Below are positions 46,305 to 55,956 of a DNA stretch of 64,000 nucleotides, in pieces; the first letter of the stretch is position 1; the number at the start of each line of letters is the position of its first letter. A program made the position numbers and the translations under genes. Under the pieces are notes generated by a model. It did not search any database. It was given only the letters and a program-made list of their open reading frames with translations, and was not told the origin of the DNA. This DNA comes from Dehalococcoidia bacterium (GTDB taxonomy: Bacteria > Chloroflexota > Dehalococcoidia > Lucifugimonadales > JAGWBF01), in assembly GCA_965197415.1 (NCBI GenBank), contig OZ240207.1, forward strand, positions 2,709,853 to 2,773,852, given 5' to 3'.

Positions 46305-46501
46305 GTTTTCCTCCCGGAGGCGCTTGCTCTAATCGATACATTATAGCCCACTCGACCACCGGAGGCGCTCCCGCCGGACGCAGGTTCGTACAATTGACGA
46401 ATTCCCGTACCCGCTGCATATCCAACTTGAACCTTCTCATGTTAGAATCCTGTTTGCGGTTTCGGCCCCGGCGTTGTGGGACTAGAACCGCCGAGATAGA
46501 A

Positions 46502-47650
46502 ATGCAGCAACCACCTAGAAGAGGCGAGCCTGAGATAGACCTGGAACAGATTCTGGGCCGTATCAACGACTTTTTCAAAGGGCTTGGAGGCCGCTTTGGA
46601 GGGGGCGGACGAGGGGCCAGGGACGGCGACCGGGCCATCACGATAATCACCTTCGTCATCCTGGGGATCGCTCTCATTCTCTGGCTGGCCACCGGCATCT
46701 ACCAAGTCGACGCGGGCGAGCAGGGAGTCCTTCGCACCTTTGGTCAGGTCACCAGCACCACAACCCCGGGTCTGCATTGGCACTGGCCTGCCCCCATAGG
46801 AACGAGAAACGTCGACTCCATCGAGCAGACACGCTCCATGGAGTTGGGCTTTTCGCAGAGAGACGACATCACACGCTCCGTCATTGAAGAAGCCCAGATG
46901 ATCGCTGGAGACTTGAACATCGTCGACGTGCAGCTGGTGGTCCAGTACCGCATCCGGGACCTGACCGCGTTCCTGTTCAATGTAGCCGACCCAGGAGAGG
47001 GAGCGCCTAACAGGGAGGTCGACATTGAGCCAGGACGTCCCGAGGGCCGCACTCTCAAGGATGCCACGGAAGCCGCCCTCCGTCTCGTTGTAGGGCAACG
47101 CCCCATCGATGACGTGCTCACCGAAAACAGAGAAGTAGTGCAGGCGGAAACGGAAGAACGTCTCCAGCGGATCCTGGACATCTATGAGACGGGAATCCAA
47201 GTCATAGGAGTCAGGCTCCAGGAAGTCAAGCCTCCGGAAGAAGTGAGGGACGCCTTTGACGACGTGCTGCGCGCCCGCCAGGACAAGGAGACGGCTATCA
47301 ACCAGGCCACAGCCGTGGAGCGGGACATCCTTCCCCGAGCCCGTGGAAACGCAGAGAGGATTCTGCAGGGCGCAGAGGCTTTCAAGCGGGAGCGAATCGC
47401 CGCCGCCGAAGGTCAAGCGGGACGGTTCCTGTCCATTCTAGCCGAATACGAAAAGGCGCAGGATGTCACACGTCAGCGCCTGTATCTGGAAGCAATGGAA
47501 GAAATCTTGCCGGGCATCACTAAGTTCATCGTGGACCCGGGTGCTGAAGGAGCCATCATTCTGAACGCCGGTGGAAACGTGGTTACCCCCGGCGGAAGCT
47601 CCATAGTGCCCGTGCCGCAGATTCAGCCCCAGCCGACGGCGGCGCCATAG
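46502..47650 (+). CDS. hflK: FtsH protease modulator HflK (SPFH/band 7)
   Basis: A Gly-rich N-terminus and a TM helix are followed by an SPFH domain and a C-terminal coiled region (EGQAGRFLSILAEYEKA). The start was chosen at the ATG at 46502. Confidence 0.88.
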   Translation: MQQPPRRGEPEIDLEQILGRINDFFKGLGGRFGGGGRGARDGDRAITIITFVILGIALILWLATGIYQVDAGEQGVLRTFGQVTSTTTPGLHWHWPAPIGTRNVDSIEQTRSMELGFSQRDDITRSVIEEAQMIAGDLNIVDVQLVVQYRIRDLTAFLFNVADPGEGAPNREVDIEPGRPEGRTLKDATEAALRLVVGQRPIDDVLTENREVVQAETEERLQRILDIYETGIQVIGVRLQEVKPPEEVRDAFDDVLRARQDKETAINQATAVERDILPRARGNAERILQGAEAFKRERIAAAEGQAGRFLSILAEYEKAQDVTRQRLYLEAMEEILPGITKFIVDPGAEGAIILNAGGNVVTPGGSSIVPVPQIQPQPTAAP

Positions 47651-47652
47651 TC

Positions 47653-49365
47653 ATGAAGACAGCAATTATTGCACTAGTTGTCGTGATACTGCTGGGCATC
47701 TTTGGGCCTCAGACCCTCTACACAGTGGACGAGACCCAGATAACCGTCGTCAGACGTTTCGGAGACATTAAGGCCGTGAATCTCAACCCCGGCATTCAGG
47801 TCAAGGCTCCGTTCATTGACTCAGTGACCAAGATGGACAAGAGACTTCTCAGAGTGGACATACCCGAAGCGACCCTTCCCGACGTGGAGCTTCAATTCCT
47901 GGTCATCGACGCCTACGTCAGATACAAGGTACGCAGGACGGAAGCGGACGCCATCAAGTTCTTCGAGAAGACCCGCGGTGGCAACCTCCAAATCGCCGAG
48001 GAACGCATCGAGCGGATCGTGGTGTCGGCGCTCCGTGAAGAGGTGGCCAAACGTCAGCGGCAGGAAATCATAGGTGGAAGAATCCAGATTGGCGAGGACG
48101 GCCAGCAGGAGGTCGTCGCCACCGAGACACGTCAGGAGATATTGGACGCAGTGGTGAAAGCCGCCGTCCAGGCCACATCTCCCGGGGTTGAGGGAGATGA
48201 CGAAAATGACCTTGGCATAGAGATAGTGGATGTCCGCATGAAGCGGGCAGACTTTCCGGACGCCACAATCGAGAATATCTTCACCAGGATGGAGACAGAG
48301 CGTGAACTGATCTCGGCCGGGCTCAGGGCGGAAGGAGCGGAAGATGCGGCGAAGATTACAGCCGCCGCCGAACGCGACAGGACAATCATCCTGGCCGAGG
48401 CCGAACGGTCGGCCAACCTGACTCGCGGTGAAGGCGAGGCAAAGGCCATCGAGATATTCGCGGGCGCCCTTCAAGAAAACCCTGAATTCTACGCGTTCCA
48501 GCGCAGCCTGGAAGCCTATAAAGAGTTCCTGTCCACCAACGCGACGGTTATTCTCGGGTCCGACTCCGAGCTGTTTGAGTTCTTGCAGGACACCGACTTC
48601 ATCCCCGTTGAACTGCCTGTGTCAGTCGTGGACGTCATAGAAAGGCTCCAGGGCAATCTGTGGACTGTGGGCGGTGTGGAAGTCACCCTTGCAGGCTCCA
48701 CTACCATCAGCTCCGACGTGAGACCGGAAGTAGGGCTGTCCGTGTTCGTTGAAGGCAATTCCGACGAGGCAGGCGGATTGGTGGCCTCGGGCGTGCTTGT
48801 CGGGTCCAAGGGAATCGTGGATGACATTTCGCTGTCCAGTCTGATCGTGAACCAGCAGCGAGTTGTTGTAAATGAACATACGGACGTCAGGGCCAAGCCC
48901 AGGGTCATAGCCACGGTCTACGTTGAGGGAGTGTCTGAAGGGGGCGCGTTGACCGCCGCCCTCATCACCGAAGGTCTCGCAGGCGCCGTCGACGGCGCCA
49001 CCGACAACCTCTGGACCATTGGGGGCACGGACGTTGCCATTGGTCCCGCCACCGATATACGCTCCGGGGCTTCCGGTGTGGGAACCCTGGTGGTGGCGTC
49101 GGTGGAGAGGTTGCCCGACGACAGCTTCAGGGCCATCAGAATCGCACCGGCCGAGTCGACTTCCCAAGGCGAGCCTACCAGAATCGTCGGAATCCCCACG
49201 TCCATCGTGCAAGAATGGACTGTTCGGGGAACTGCGGGTCGAGTCATAGTGGACGAAAACGCCGATGTGCAGTTAGGGGCCGACCAGACGGGTCTGACTG
49301 TGCTCATCGGCTACGAAATAGACGCCGACGGTTCTCTGCTAGCCCGAACAATCCGGGTGCAGTAG
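47653..49365 (+). CDS. hflC: HflC (SPFH/band 7) fused to a C-terminal extension of about 265 aa made of four beta-domain repeats
   Basis: The N-terminal 300 aa are collinear with HflC. The C-terminal part (about 48565-49365) contains four repeats of about 60 aa, recognisable by NLWTVGGVEVTL, NQQRVVVNEHTDV, NLWTIGGTDVAI and QEWTVRGTAGRVIV. Confidence 0.8.
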   Translation: MKTAIIALVVVILLGIFGPQTLYTVDETQITVVRRFGDIKAVNLNPGIQVKAPFIDSVTKMDKRLLRVDIPEATLPDVELQFLVIDAYVRYKVRRTEADAIKFFEKTRGGNLQIAEERIERIVVSALREEVAKRQRQEIIGGRIQIGEDGQQEVVATETRQEILDAVVKAAVQATSPGVEGDDENDLGIEIVDVRMKRADFPDATIENIFTRMETERELISAGLRAEGAEDAAKITAAAERDRTIILAEAERSANLTRGEGEAKAIEIFAGALQENPEFYAFQRSLEAYKEFLSTNATVILGSDSELFEFLQDTDFIPVELPVSVVDVIERLQGNLWTVGGVEVTLAGSTTISSDVRPEVGLSVFVEGNSDEAGGLVASGVLVGSKGIVDDISLSSLIVNQQRVVVNEHTDVRAKPRVIATVYVEGVSEGGALTAALITEGLAGAVDGATDNLWTIGGTDVAIGPATDIRSGASGVGTLVVASVERLPDDSFRAIRIAPAESTSQGEPTRIVGIPTSIVQEWTVRGTAGRVIVDENADVQLGADQTGLTVLIGYEIDADGSLLARTIRVQ

Positions 49366-49522
49366 TTCGGTCCTAGGTCCTGCCTCGTAGGACTTCCCCC
49401 AACCGCCGTGCGGCGCCCAACTACAACATATTCTGGCATTGTCCCTGCTTAACCGTTTCTTCAGAATCGATGTGATATATTGAAAACAGGTCACGGCCAT
49501 TCCTGAGGAGGTCGCCGGTCCC

Positions 49523-50743
49523 TTGTTTTCCAAGTTCAGAAACGGTTGGTCCATACTCCTGTTGGCAGTCGTCGCGGCCCTAGTGATTGTCGCAGGTTGC
49601 GTGTCGGTCCGATTCGGCAAGTCCGACGACGGAACGGCCCCGACCCCCGAAGCCGGCGCCAGCGCGGGAATCGAGGGGCTGCCGTCGGAGTTCGACATAC
49701 TTGCCGAGGTCTGGGCCCATCTGCAAGAAGAACACCTACGGGGCCGAGAACTGGACGCAGAACTGTTGAGCCAAGGGGCCGCCCGCGGGATTATCGAGGC
49801 GCTGGACGATCCCCATGCTGCCTACCTGACCCCGGAGCAGCAACAACAGGAGTCGCAGGACCTTAGGGGCGAGTTCGAGGGAATAGGCGCCCACGTCGGC
49901 ATGAGAGACGGGCGCATCACCATCATAGCCCCCATCGCCGACACTCCCGCCGACAAAGCGGGACTCAAGCCAGGCGACATCCTGACTTCCATAAACGGCG
50001 AAAGCGCCGAGGGGCTGTCCATCATGGAGGCCGTAGGGCGGATTCGAGGACCTAAAGGGGAAGCCGTGGAACTGGGCGTCTTCCGCCCGTCCAGGGGCGA
50101 GCCTCTCACGGTGACCATCGTCAGGGACGTAATCCTGGTGGACAGCGTGAGCTTGAGGATGCTGGTGGGGCGGATAGCCCATCTCCGGATAACCTCCTTC
50201 ACAGACATCACCAACCAGGAGACGGTCGAGGCCATCGAAACCCTGCACAGGCTCGGCGCGAGTGGAATTATATTGGACCTTCGAAACAACCCCGGCGGGT
50301 TTCTCAGGACCGTCGTGGACGTTACCAGCCAGTTCGTCGACGAAGGGATCGCCCTCTACGAGGTGGACGGTCAAGGAACGAGGAACGACTGGCCATTAAA
50401 GAAGGGAGGGCTTGCCCGGGACATTCCCATGGTGGTGCTGGTAAACGAGTACAGCGCCAGCGGAAGCGAGGTCCTGGCCGGGGCCATTAGAGACAACGAC
50501 CGGGCTCCGATTATAGGAGTAGTCACCTTCGGCAAGGGCAGCGTCAACACCCTCCGCAAGCTGTCCGACGGGTCGGGCATATTCTTCACCATCGCCCATT
50601 GGCATACTCCCTCCGGGACTCTCATCGAGGGCGACGGCCTTGAGCCTGACATCGTGGTCGAGCAGCCGGAGGACAGCGACGACGACCTCCAGTTGGACCG
50701 GGCCATCGAAGAGTTGGAGATTCTGGTACAGGCCGTTGAATAG
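49523..50743 (+). CDS. ctpA: S41 carboxyl-terminal processing peptidase with a PDZ domain
   Basis: The protein has a signal/lipobox (VAGC), a PDZ domain (GLKPGDILTSING), the catalytic Ser region (SASGSEVLAGA) and a Lys (FGKGS). The start is TTG with a GAGGAGG RBS. Confidence 0.9.
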   Translation: MFSKFRNGWSILLLAVVAALVIVAGCVSVRFGKSDDGTAPTPEAGASAGIEGLPSEFDILAEVWAHLQEEHLRGRELDAELLSQGAARGIIEALDDPHAAYLTPEQQQQESQDLRGEFEGIGAHVGMRDGRITIIAPIADTPADKAGLKPGDILTSINGESAEGLSIMEAVGRIRGPKGEAVELGVFRPSRGEPLTVTIVRDVILVDSVSLRMLVGRIAHLRITSFTDITNQETVEAIETLHRLGASGIILDLRNNPGGFLRTVVDVTSQFVDEGIALYEVDGQGTRNDWPLKKGGLARDIPMVVLVNEYSASGSEVLAGAIRDNDRAPIIGVVTFGKGSVNTLRKLSDGSGIFFTIAHWHTPSGTLIEGDGLEPDIVVEQPEDSDDDLQLDRAIEELEILVQAVE

Positions 50744-51206
50744 CAAGAAGGTTGATAACCACCGCACGATAACCCAGAACCGGAAAGCGTTCCACGACTA
50801 CAACATCCTGGAACGTGTGGAGGCCGGAGTGGTTCTGACCGGCACTGAGATTAAGTCTATCAGGGCCGGACGGGTGAACATCGGGGGCGCATTTGTTAAG
50901 CCGGAGAGGGGTGAGTTATGGCTGGTCAACTGCCACGTAGCCCAGTACCAGGACGCGAACGTCAATAACCACGACCCCCTCAGGCTGCGGAAACTGCTTC
51001 TTCACAAGGAGCAGGTAAGAGAGTGGGCGGCGGCGGTGTCTCAGAAGGGGCACACAATAGTCCCACTGCGCCTCTATATCAGGAACCACGTGGCGAAGGT
51101 GGAATTAGGACTGGCCCGGGGAAAGCGTCAGTACGATAAGCGGCGCGCCATCATCGACCGAGACAGAGACAGGGAAGCCCAGCGGGCCGTCAGGCGCAGC
51201 GTCTGA
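50736..51206 (+). CDS. smpB: SsrA-binding protein SmpB
   Basis: The segment NRKAFHDYNILERVEAGVVLTGTEIKSIRAG matches SmpB. I chose the TTG at 50736, which overlaps the ctpA stop, because the conserved sequence begins immediately after it. Confidence 0.9.
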   Translation: MNSKKVDNHRTITQNRKAFHDYNILERVEAGVVLTGTEIKSIRAGRVNIGGAFVKPERGELWLVNCHVAQYQDANVNNHDPLRLRKLLLHKEQVREWAAAVSQKGHTIVPLRLYIRNHVAKVELGLARGKRQYDKRRAIIDRDRDREAQRAVRRSV

Positions 51207-51213
51207 AAGCCGT

Positions 51214-52167
51214 TTAACGCTTGAAGTGGGGGATGATTTCGGTCGCCGCTATCTCCATCTGACGGGGCCGGTCGGCATGTCTTGAAGCCCAGCTGAACAG
51301 GAAATGCCTTGCTCCGGCGTCTACGTATTCCTGTATCCGCTCTATGCACTGCTCCACCGTTCCCAACACGCAGTATGAGCCGACGATGTTCAGGAAGTCG
51401 CCGGAATAGGTGTAACCGGCAGACAAGGTCCTCGCTGCCTCCACCGCCGCCTCCTCCTTGCTGTCGCCGATGCAGATAAACTGGAAGTTGGTCCACTGGA
51501 ATTCTGTCAGGTCCCTGCCTGCCTCTTCCGCAAATGCGTGTATCTTTTCCACGCTGTCGCGGTAGCGTTCGGGGCTGTACAGGTACGGGAACCAGCCTTC
51601 GGCGTATTTGACGGCCCTCTTCATGGCCGCGTCTCGCCTCCCCGCCACCCAGATGGGAGGATGGGGCTCCTGGGCCGGACCGGGCACGATAGTCACGTCG
51701 TTCAGATTGTAGTAGCGTCCCTCATAGCTAACGTGCTCTTCGGTCCACAACCTCCGCAGTGACTCCAGGCACTCGTCGGCGCGCCTGCCGCGCTGATTGG
51801 CTTTTATCCCCGCCGCTTCGAACTCCACGGGGTATTCGCCGCCCACTCCTACGCCCAGTATGAGCCTGCCCCCCGAAGCTATATCCAGAGTGTTGGTGAA
51901 TTTGGCCAACATGGTCGGGTGGTAGAAGGGTATCAGCAGCACGGATGGCACGATTTTTATGCTGGACGTGGCGCCTGCTGCCACGGCCAGAAGGGGCAGA
52001 TTGGCGCTGGAGGGGCCGGGCGGGTTCCCGCGCATGAAATGCTCTCCGGCGCCAACATACTCGTAACCCAGAGACTCCAGAAGGGTGGCCTCCGCCACGG
52101 CGGATTCTATGCCAAGGCCCAAAGTCGCGCCAAAGTGTATGTCGGGGTTGGTCATTGGTCTCTCCAA
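51214..52167 (-). CDS. LLM-class F420/flavin-dependent oxidoreductase
   Basis: The motifs GEHFMRGNP, GGRLILGVGVGGEYPVEFEA and IWVAGRR fit luciferase-like F420-dependent reductases. Confidence 0.85.
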   Translation of the reverse strand: MERPMTNPDIHFGATLGLGIESAVAEATLLESLGYEYVGAGEHFMRGNPPGPSSANLPLLAVAAGATSSIKIVPSVLLIPFYHPTMLAKFTNTLDIASGGRLILGVGVGGEYPVEFEAAGIKANQRGRRADECLESLRRLWTEEHVSYEGRYYNLNDVTIVPGPAQEPHPPIWVAGRRDAAMKRAVKYAEGWFPYLYSPERYRDSVEKIHAFAEEAGRDLTEFQWTNFQFICIGDSKEEAAVEAARTLSAGYTYSGDFLNIVGSYCVLGTVEQCIERIQEYVDAGARHFLFSWASRHADRPRQMEIAATEIIPHFKR

Positions 52168-52252
52168 GCCGGTTAGTGTGGACCCGGAGCAAGCCGAGCC
52201 TTCAGGATGGTTGGGTCATTGTTGCGCCTGGCCGGAATGGGGTCAAGAGGTG

Positions 52253-53629
52253 TCAGGCGACGTCAAGGCCGGAATTCGGTCCTGATTTGGGGAGGGTTAT
52301 GCTAAACGAGGCCCCCTCCCCTACCCGGCTGTCCAGTGTAATGCGACCCCCGTGGGCCTCCACCAGACGGCGGGCGATGGTCAGGCCCAAGCCGGTGCCG
52401 CCGGTGGCTCTGGAGCGGGACCTGTCCACTCGATAGAACCTCTCGAACACCTGGGGAATCTGGTCGTCAGGGATTCCAGGACCGGTGTCCGTTACTCGCA
52501 CTTCAACGTCGTCTCCCGACGTTGACACGCTGACAGTCACCGTACCTCCTGAGGGAGTATAGTTGACGGCGTTGGTCAGCAAGTTCCGTATTGCCTGACC
52601 CAGCCGCCCCGGGTCTCCATACAGAGGGGCTGACTCGGCCAGGTCCAATGCGATGGCCACGCCCGCTTCCTCAGCCGTGGGCAGGTGAGCCGCGACTTCC
52701 CTCCGGCTTAGGTCCGCCAGATCGCAGGGTTGGAAGTCCAGGGCAAGTTGCCCAGACTCCGCCAGGGCCAGCTCTTGAAGGTCCTCGATAAGCCTGGTAA
52801 GAACCCCGACCTCTTCGTGCATGGTGTCGATGGTCGTTGCGTCGGGTTCCACTAGTCCGTCTTTGATGGCCTCCATGTATCCTCTGAGGTTGGACAGTGG
52901 GGTGCGCAGTTCGTGGGCCACGTCGGCTACCATATTCCGGCGGACTGTCTCGGCGGCGGCCAACTCCTGGGCCATGGAGTTGAAGGCGCCAGCCAGTTCT
53001 CCTACCTCATCCTTTGACTTTACGTCCACCCTTTGGGAGAAGTCGCCCCTGGCCAGGTCTCGGGCCGCCCTGGATAGAGACTCCACGGGAGCCAGGATGC
53101 GCCGGGACAGAAAGAAGGTGAGTATGATGCCTGCAGCTCCGGCCAGGATTCCGCTCCAAACAAGGAATCGGTTGATGGAAGGCAGGCTGCTCTCCTCGAC
53201 GGCGGCAGCCGGGTCGCCAGGCAGCGTAAACGGGTTTATGAGCATGGTTCCCACCTGGCCCGACGGACCCCTGACCACCAGGCTGCGTTCGCTTTCCACC
53301 GGAGAGTCCATAAAACGCCCCAAGGTTGAGTTGGTCAACGCGGAGTCGGCCACGATGATTCCTCGAAAGTCCACCACGATTACTCTCTGGGAATAGAGCT
53401 GCCCCACCTGTTGGAGCATCCCGTTTACGCCGCTCCAGCCTCTGCTCCGGGAGTATTCCTGGGCCAGCATTGCCTGGAGCTGCTCGGAACGCTGATCCTC
53501 AGCCCGCGTCTCATGGGCTTTAATCTCGGCGGTGGCGGCGCGGCTGACCACCAAGGCAGCCATGCCGAGGCTGACTCCACTGACTAGGAAGAAGCTGATA
53601 AGAAGACGCCACCGGATGCTGTGCAGCAA
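52253..53629 (-). CDS. sensor histidine kinase (TM-sensor-HAMP-HisKA-HATPase)
   Basis: The H-box (VADVAHELRTPLSNL), N-box (RNLLTNAVNY) and G-boxes (DTGPGI, GGTGLGL) are present. Confidence 0.92.
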   Translation of the reverse strand: MLHSIRWRLLISFFLVSGVSLGMAALVVSRAATAEIKAHETRAEDQRSEQLQAMLAQEYSRSRGWSGVNGMLQQVGQLYSQRVIVVDFRGIIVADSALTNSTLGRFMDSPVESERSLVVRGPSGQVGTMLINPFTLPGDPAAAVEESSLPSINRFLVWSGILAGAAGIILTFFLSRRILAPVESLSRAARDLARGDFSQRVDVKSKDEVGELAGAFNSMAQELAAAETVRRNMVADVAHELRTPLSNLRGYMEAIKDGLVEPDATTIDTMHEEVGVLTRLIEDLQELALAESGQLALDFQPCDLADLSRREVAAHLPTAEEAGVAIALDLAESAPLYGDPGRLGQAIRNLLTNAVNYTPSGGTVTVSVSTSGDDVEVRVTDTGPGIPDDQIPQVFERFYRVDRSRSRATGGTGLGLTIARRLVEAHGGRITLDSRVGEGASFSITLPKSGPNSGLDVA

Positions 53630-53632
53630 GGG

Positions 53633-54328
53633 TCAGCCCTCGAACTTATAACCCATGCCGTAGACGGTCTTGATGTACCGGGGCTTGTTGACTAGTGGTT
53701 CGATTTTGCGTCGGATGTTGAGGATGTGCACGTCCACAGTTCGTTCCATACCCTCGTAATCGTAACCCAGGGCACGGTCCACCAAGGTGGTGCGCGTGAA
53801 CAGCCTGCCCGGCTCTCTAGCCATCAGGGCCAGAATTCTGAACTCGGTGGGCGTAAGATGGACTTCCTCCTCCTTGGCCATGACGCTGTGGCGTTGAAGG
53901 TCAATACTCAGCCCGTCGAAGCTTAGATGGGAAGGTCCAGTGAAAAGACCGTCGTCGGTGGTCCTGCGGAGGACCGCTTTCACCCGCGCCGCCAATTCCC
54001 TGGGACTGAAGGGCTTGGTGACGTAATCGTCTGCGCCCAGGTCCAATCCCTCCAGCTTATCCTGTTCCGTGGACATGGCCGTGAGCATGATGATAGGCAC
54101 GTCCATTTCCTTGCGGATGACACGGCATACGTCCAGACCGTTGATTTCGGGCAACATGAGGTCCAGCACCACAAGGTCCGGGTCTTCTTCGCGGGCGAGG
54201 TCCAATCCCGCAACACCGTCGTGGGCTAACGAAACCCGGTGGCCGTCCCGTTCCAAGTAGATACGGACCAAGTCAGCGGTCTTGTGGTCGTCCTCCACCA
54301 CCAGGATATGGCGTTGATTGCCGGGCAT
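53633..54328 (-). CDS. OmpR/PhoB-family response regulator
   Basis: The receiver domain (ILVVEDD...DLVVLDLMLP) and the winged-helix output (YIKTVYGMGYKF) are present. The ATG at 54328 lies 6 nt after GAGGAG. Confidence 0.92.
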   Translation of the reverse strand: MPGNQRHILVVEDDHKTADLVRIYLERDGHRVSLAHDGVAGLDLAREEDPDLVVLDLMLPEINGLDVCRVIRKEMDVPIIMLTAMSTEQDKLEGLDLGADDYVTKPFSPRELAARVKAVLRRTTDDGLFTGPSHLSFDGLSIDLQRHSVMAKEEEVHLTPTEFRILALMAREPGRLFTRTTLVDRALGYDYEGMERTVDVHILNIRRKIEPLVNKPRYIKTVYGMGYKFEG

Positions 54329-54489
54329 CGTCATCTCCTCGCCAAAACCGTAAGAAACATCGAGATGTTCCCTTAACATTGTATCTCACCGACCTTAAAG
54401 GAAATGTTAAGACGGGCGCTTCTGTCGAATAAGGACGCCTTCTCCCCGCAAGGTGTAGAATTATTGCGTTAATCGCTACTGGATCGTGA

Positions 54490-55701
54490 CTAACGTATAG
54501 ATTGCCTCAGGATGAACTGGTCCAAAAGAGGGACTGCCAGGGAATATTTCCCCCATCTGTTCTTGTAAACCAGCCCGGCGTCGCTTAGCGATGCCAGCAT
54601 CTGGCTGATCTGGCTGCCTCCGAAGGAACGTTCCAAGACTGTCCGCGACATCTCCGCGATTTCTTGAACAGTGAATTCTGAGGAGGCGGTGTCCAGCTGA
54701 GCGATGACCTTCAAAAGGTCCCGTTGCCTGTCTGTCGCCCTCGCCCATCTACCAGCGAAGAAGTCTGTGTCCAGCTTCCGCATAATGTTTTCTACGGGGA
54801 TGGGAGTCATCTGCTCACCCGCTTCTCCCTTCATCACCCACACATCGTAAACTTCTCTACACACGTACTGAATAAAATATGGATAGCCAAGAGTCACAGT
54901 GTAGATGGTCTCAACAGACTCGCCGGTGAATTTCACTGGACACGCAGAATCTTCAATTGGTCGAGATATTGCCTCCTCACTGTCTTTTCGATCCAACCGA
55001 TACAACGTAACTATATGGAACATCCGCTCAGCGAAAGTTCTTGCTTCGACCAGTTTCGGGAACAGGGTCGGCAAACCGGTCAAGACCAACATTAAGGGCA
55101 GGTCTTTTCTTTGCAGTGATTGGAATACGTCCAGCAACAGCGACAGGGGGAATTCGTTTCTGTCAGCGTGGTCGGCAAGGTTCTGAGCTTCGTCGTAGGC
55201 AAATATCATGCCGCGTTTGCCCAGCGGTTCAAGGCAGTCCCACACAGTCTCTAGGACAACCTTGAGCTTATCTGACGACAATCCGGGTGTCCTATCCCAC
55301 AGAAGTTGGAGTTCATCAAAACCCAGAGAACGAGTAACCTCCTCTGTAGCCCCTGTAAAACCAGCCTCTTTAATGTTCTCCGTAGCGGCTACTAACGTTG
55401 AAGTTACAGAGGAGAGGTCGGCGAGCAGTCGTATGGCCAGGGTTTCCTCGGATACGCTTGTTGACTCTGACAGATCGGTCCCGAGCCAGACCCAACCAGA
55501 CTCGATGGCTATCGGCTTCAAGGTCTCCAACAAAACGGTCTTGCCTACGCCCCTGAGCCCCGTCAGGACCAGGTTTTCTAGGATCGTGTCCTGTTCCAGG
55601 AGTCTGTGGAAGTCGGCCTTCTCCGTTTCGCGGCCTGCCAGATATGGAGGCATGTGGCCAGCGCCGGGCCTGAAAGGGTTCCTGAATCCTGTGTTTACCA
55701 T
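54490..55701 (-). CDS. orphan AAA+ ATPase (ORC/Cdc6- or archaeal-ATPase-like) with a C-terminal winged helix
   Basis: The N-terminal motif NPFRPGAGHMPPYLAGRE, Walker A (GLRGVGKT) and Walker B (MIFAYDEAQ) are present. The C-terminal wHTH-like segment is FTVQEIAEM...LSDAGLVYKNRWGKYSL. The gene is visibly AT-richer (hand counts of 38-57% per line) and has a very AT-rich upstream region. Confidence 0.7.
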   Translation of the reverse strand: MVNTGFRNPFRPGAGHMPPYLAGRETEKADFHRLLEQDTILENLVLTGLRGVGKTVLLETLKPIAIESGWVWLGTDLSESTSVSEETLAIRLLADLSSVTSTLVAATENIKEAGFTGATEEVTRSLGFDELQLLWDRTPGLSSDKLKVVLETVWDCLEPLGKRGMIFAYDEAQNLADHADRNEFPLSLLLDVFQSLQRKDLPLMLVLTGLPTLFPKLVEARTFAERMFHIVTLYRLDRKDSEEAISRPIEDSACPVKFTGESVETIYTVTLGYPYFIQYVCREVYDVWVMKGEAGEQMTPIPVENIMRKLDTDFFAGRWARATDRQRDLLKVIAQLDTASSEFTVQEIAEMSRTVLERSFGGSQISQMLASLSDAGLVYKNRWGKYSLAVPLLDQFILRQSIR

Positions 55702-55872
55702 GTGTTATACTCCCTACTAATTTAACTTGATATACTAATATTACTATATAATATTAATTTATACAACAGGCTAATGGCATGTAAACATGGGGCATTGCCG
55801 TCTGGTCCTGGCATCGAGGCGCCTTATGGTTTCAAGAATCCACTTCAAGGCTGGGCTACAGAACGCCTGGGA

Positions 55873-55902
55873 TTGACACCTTCTTAAAGCCGCTCCTATA
55901 CT
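55873..55902 (+). promoter_or_regulatory. sigma-70-like promoter upstream of the SsuD-like gene
   Basis: TTGACA (55873-55878), an 18-nt spacer and TATACT (55897-55902). Confidence 0.55.
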
Positions 55903-55956
55903 CGACTCCGCGTTTCGACGCAGAGAAGCCGCCGGTCTACGAGAGAAGCTTTCTAC

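Noticed and set aside
46442-47416. A 324-aa ORF antisense to hflK, with similar antisense ORFs over hflC (47821-48474 and 48622-49212)
   Set aside because: The plus-strand SPFH proteins explain the region, so these are GC-driven shadow ORFs.
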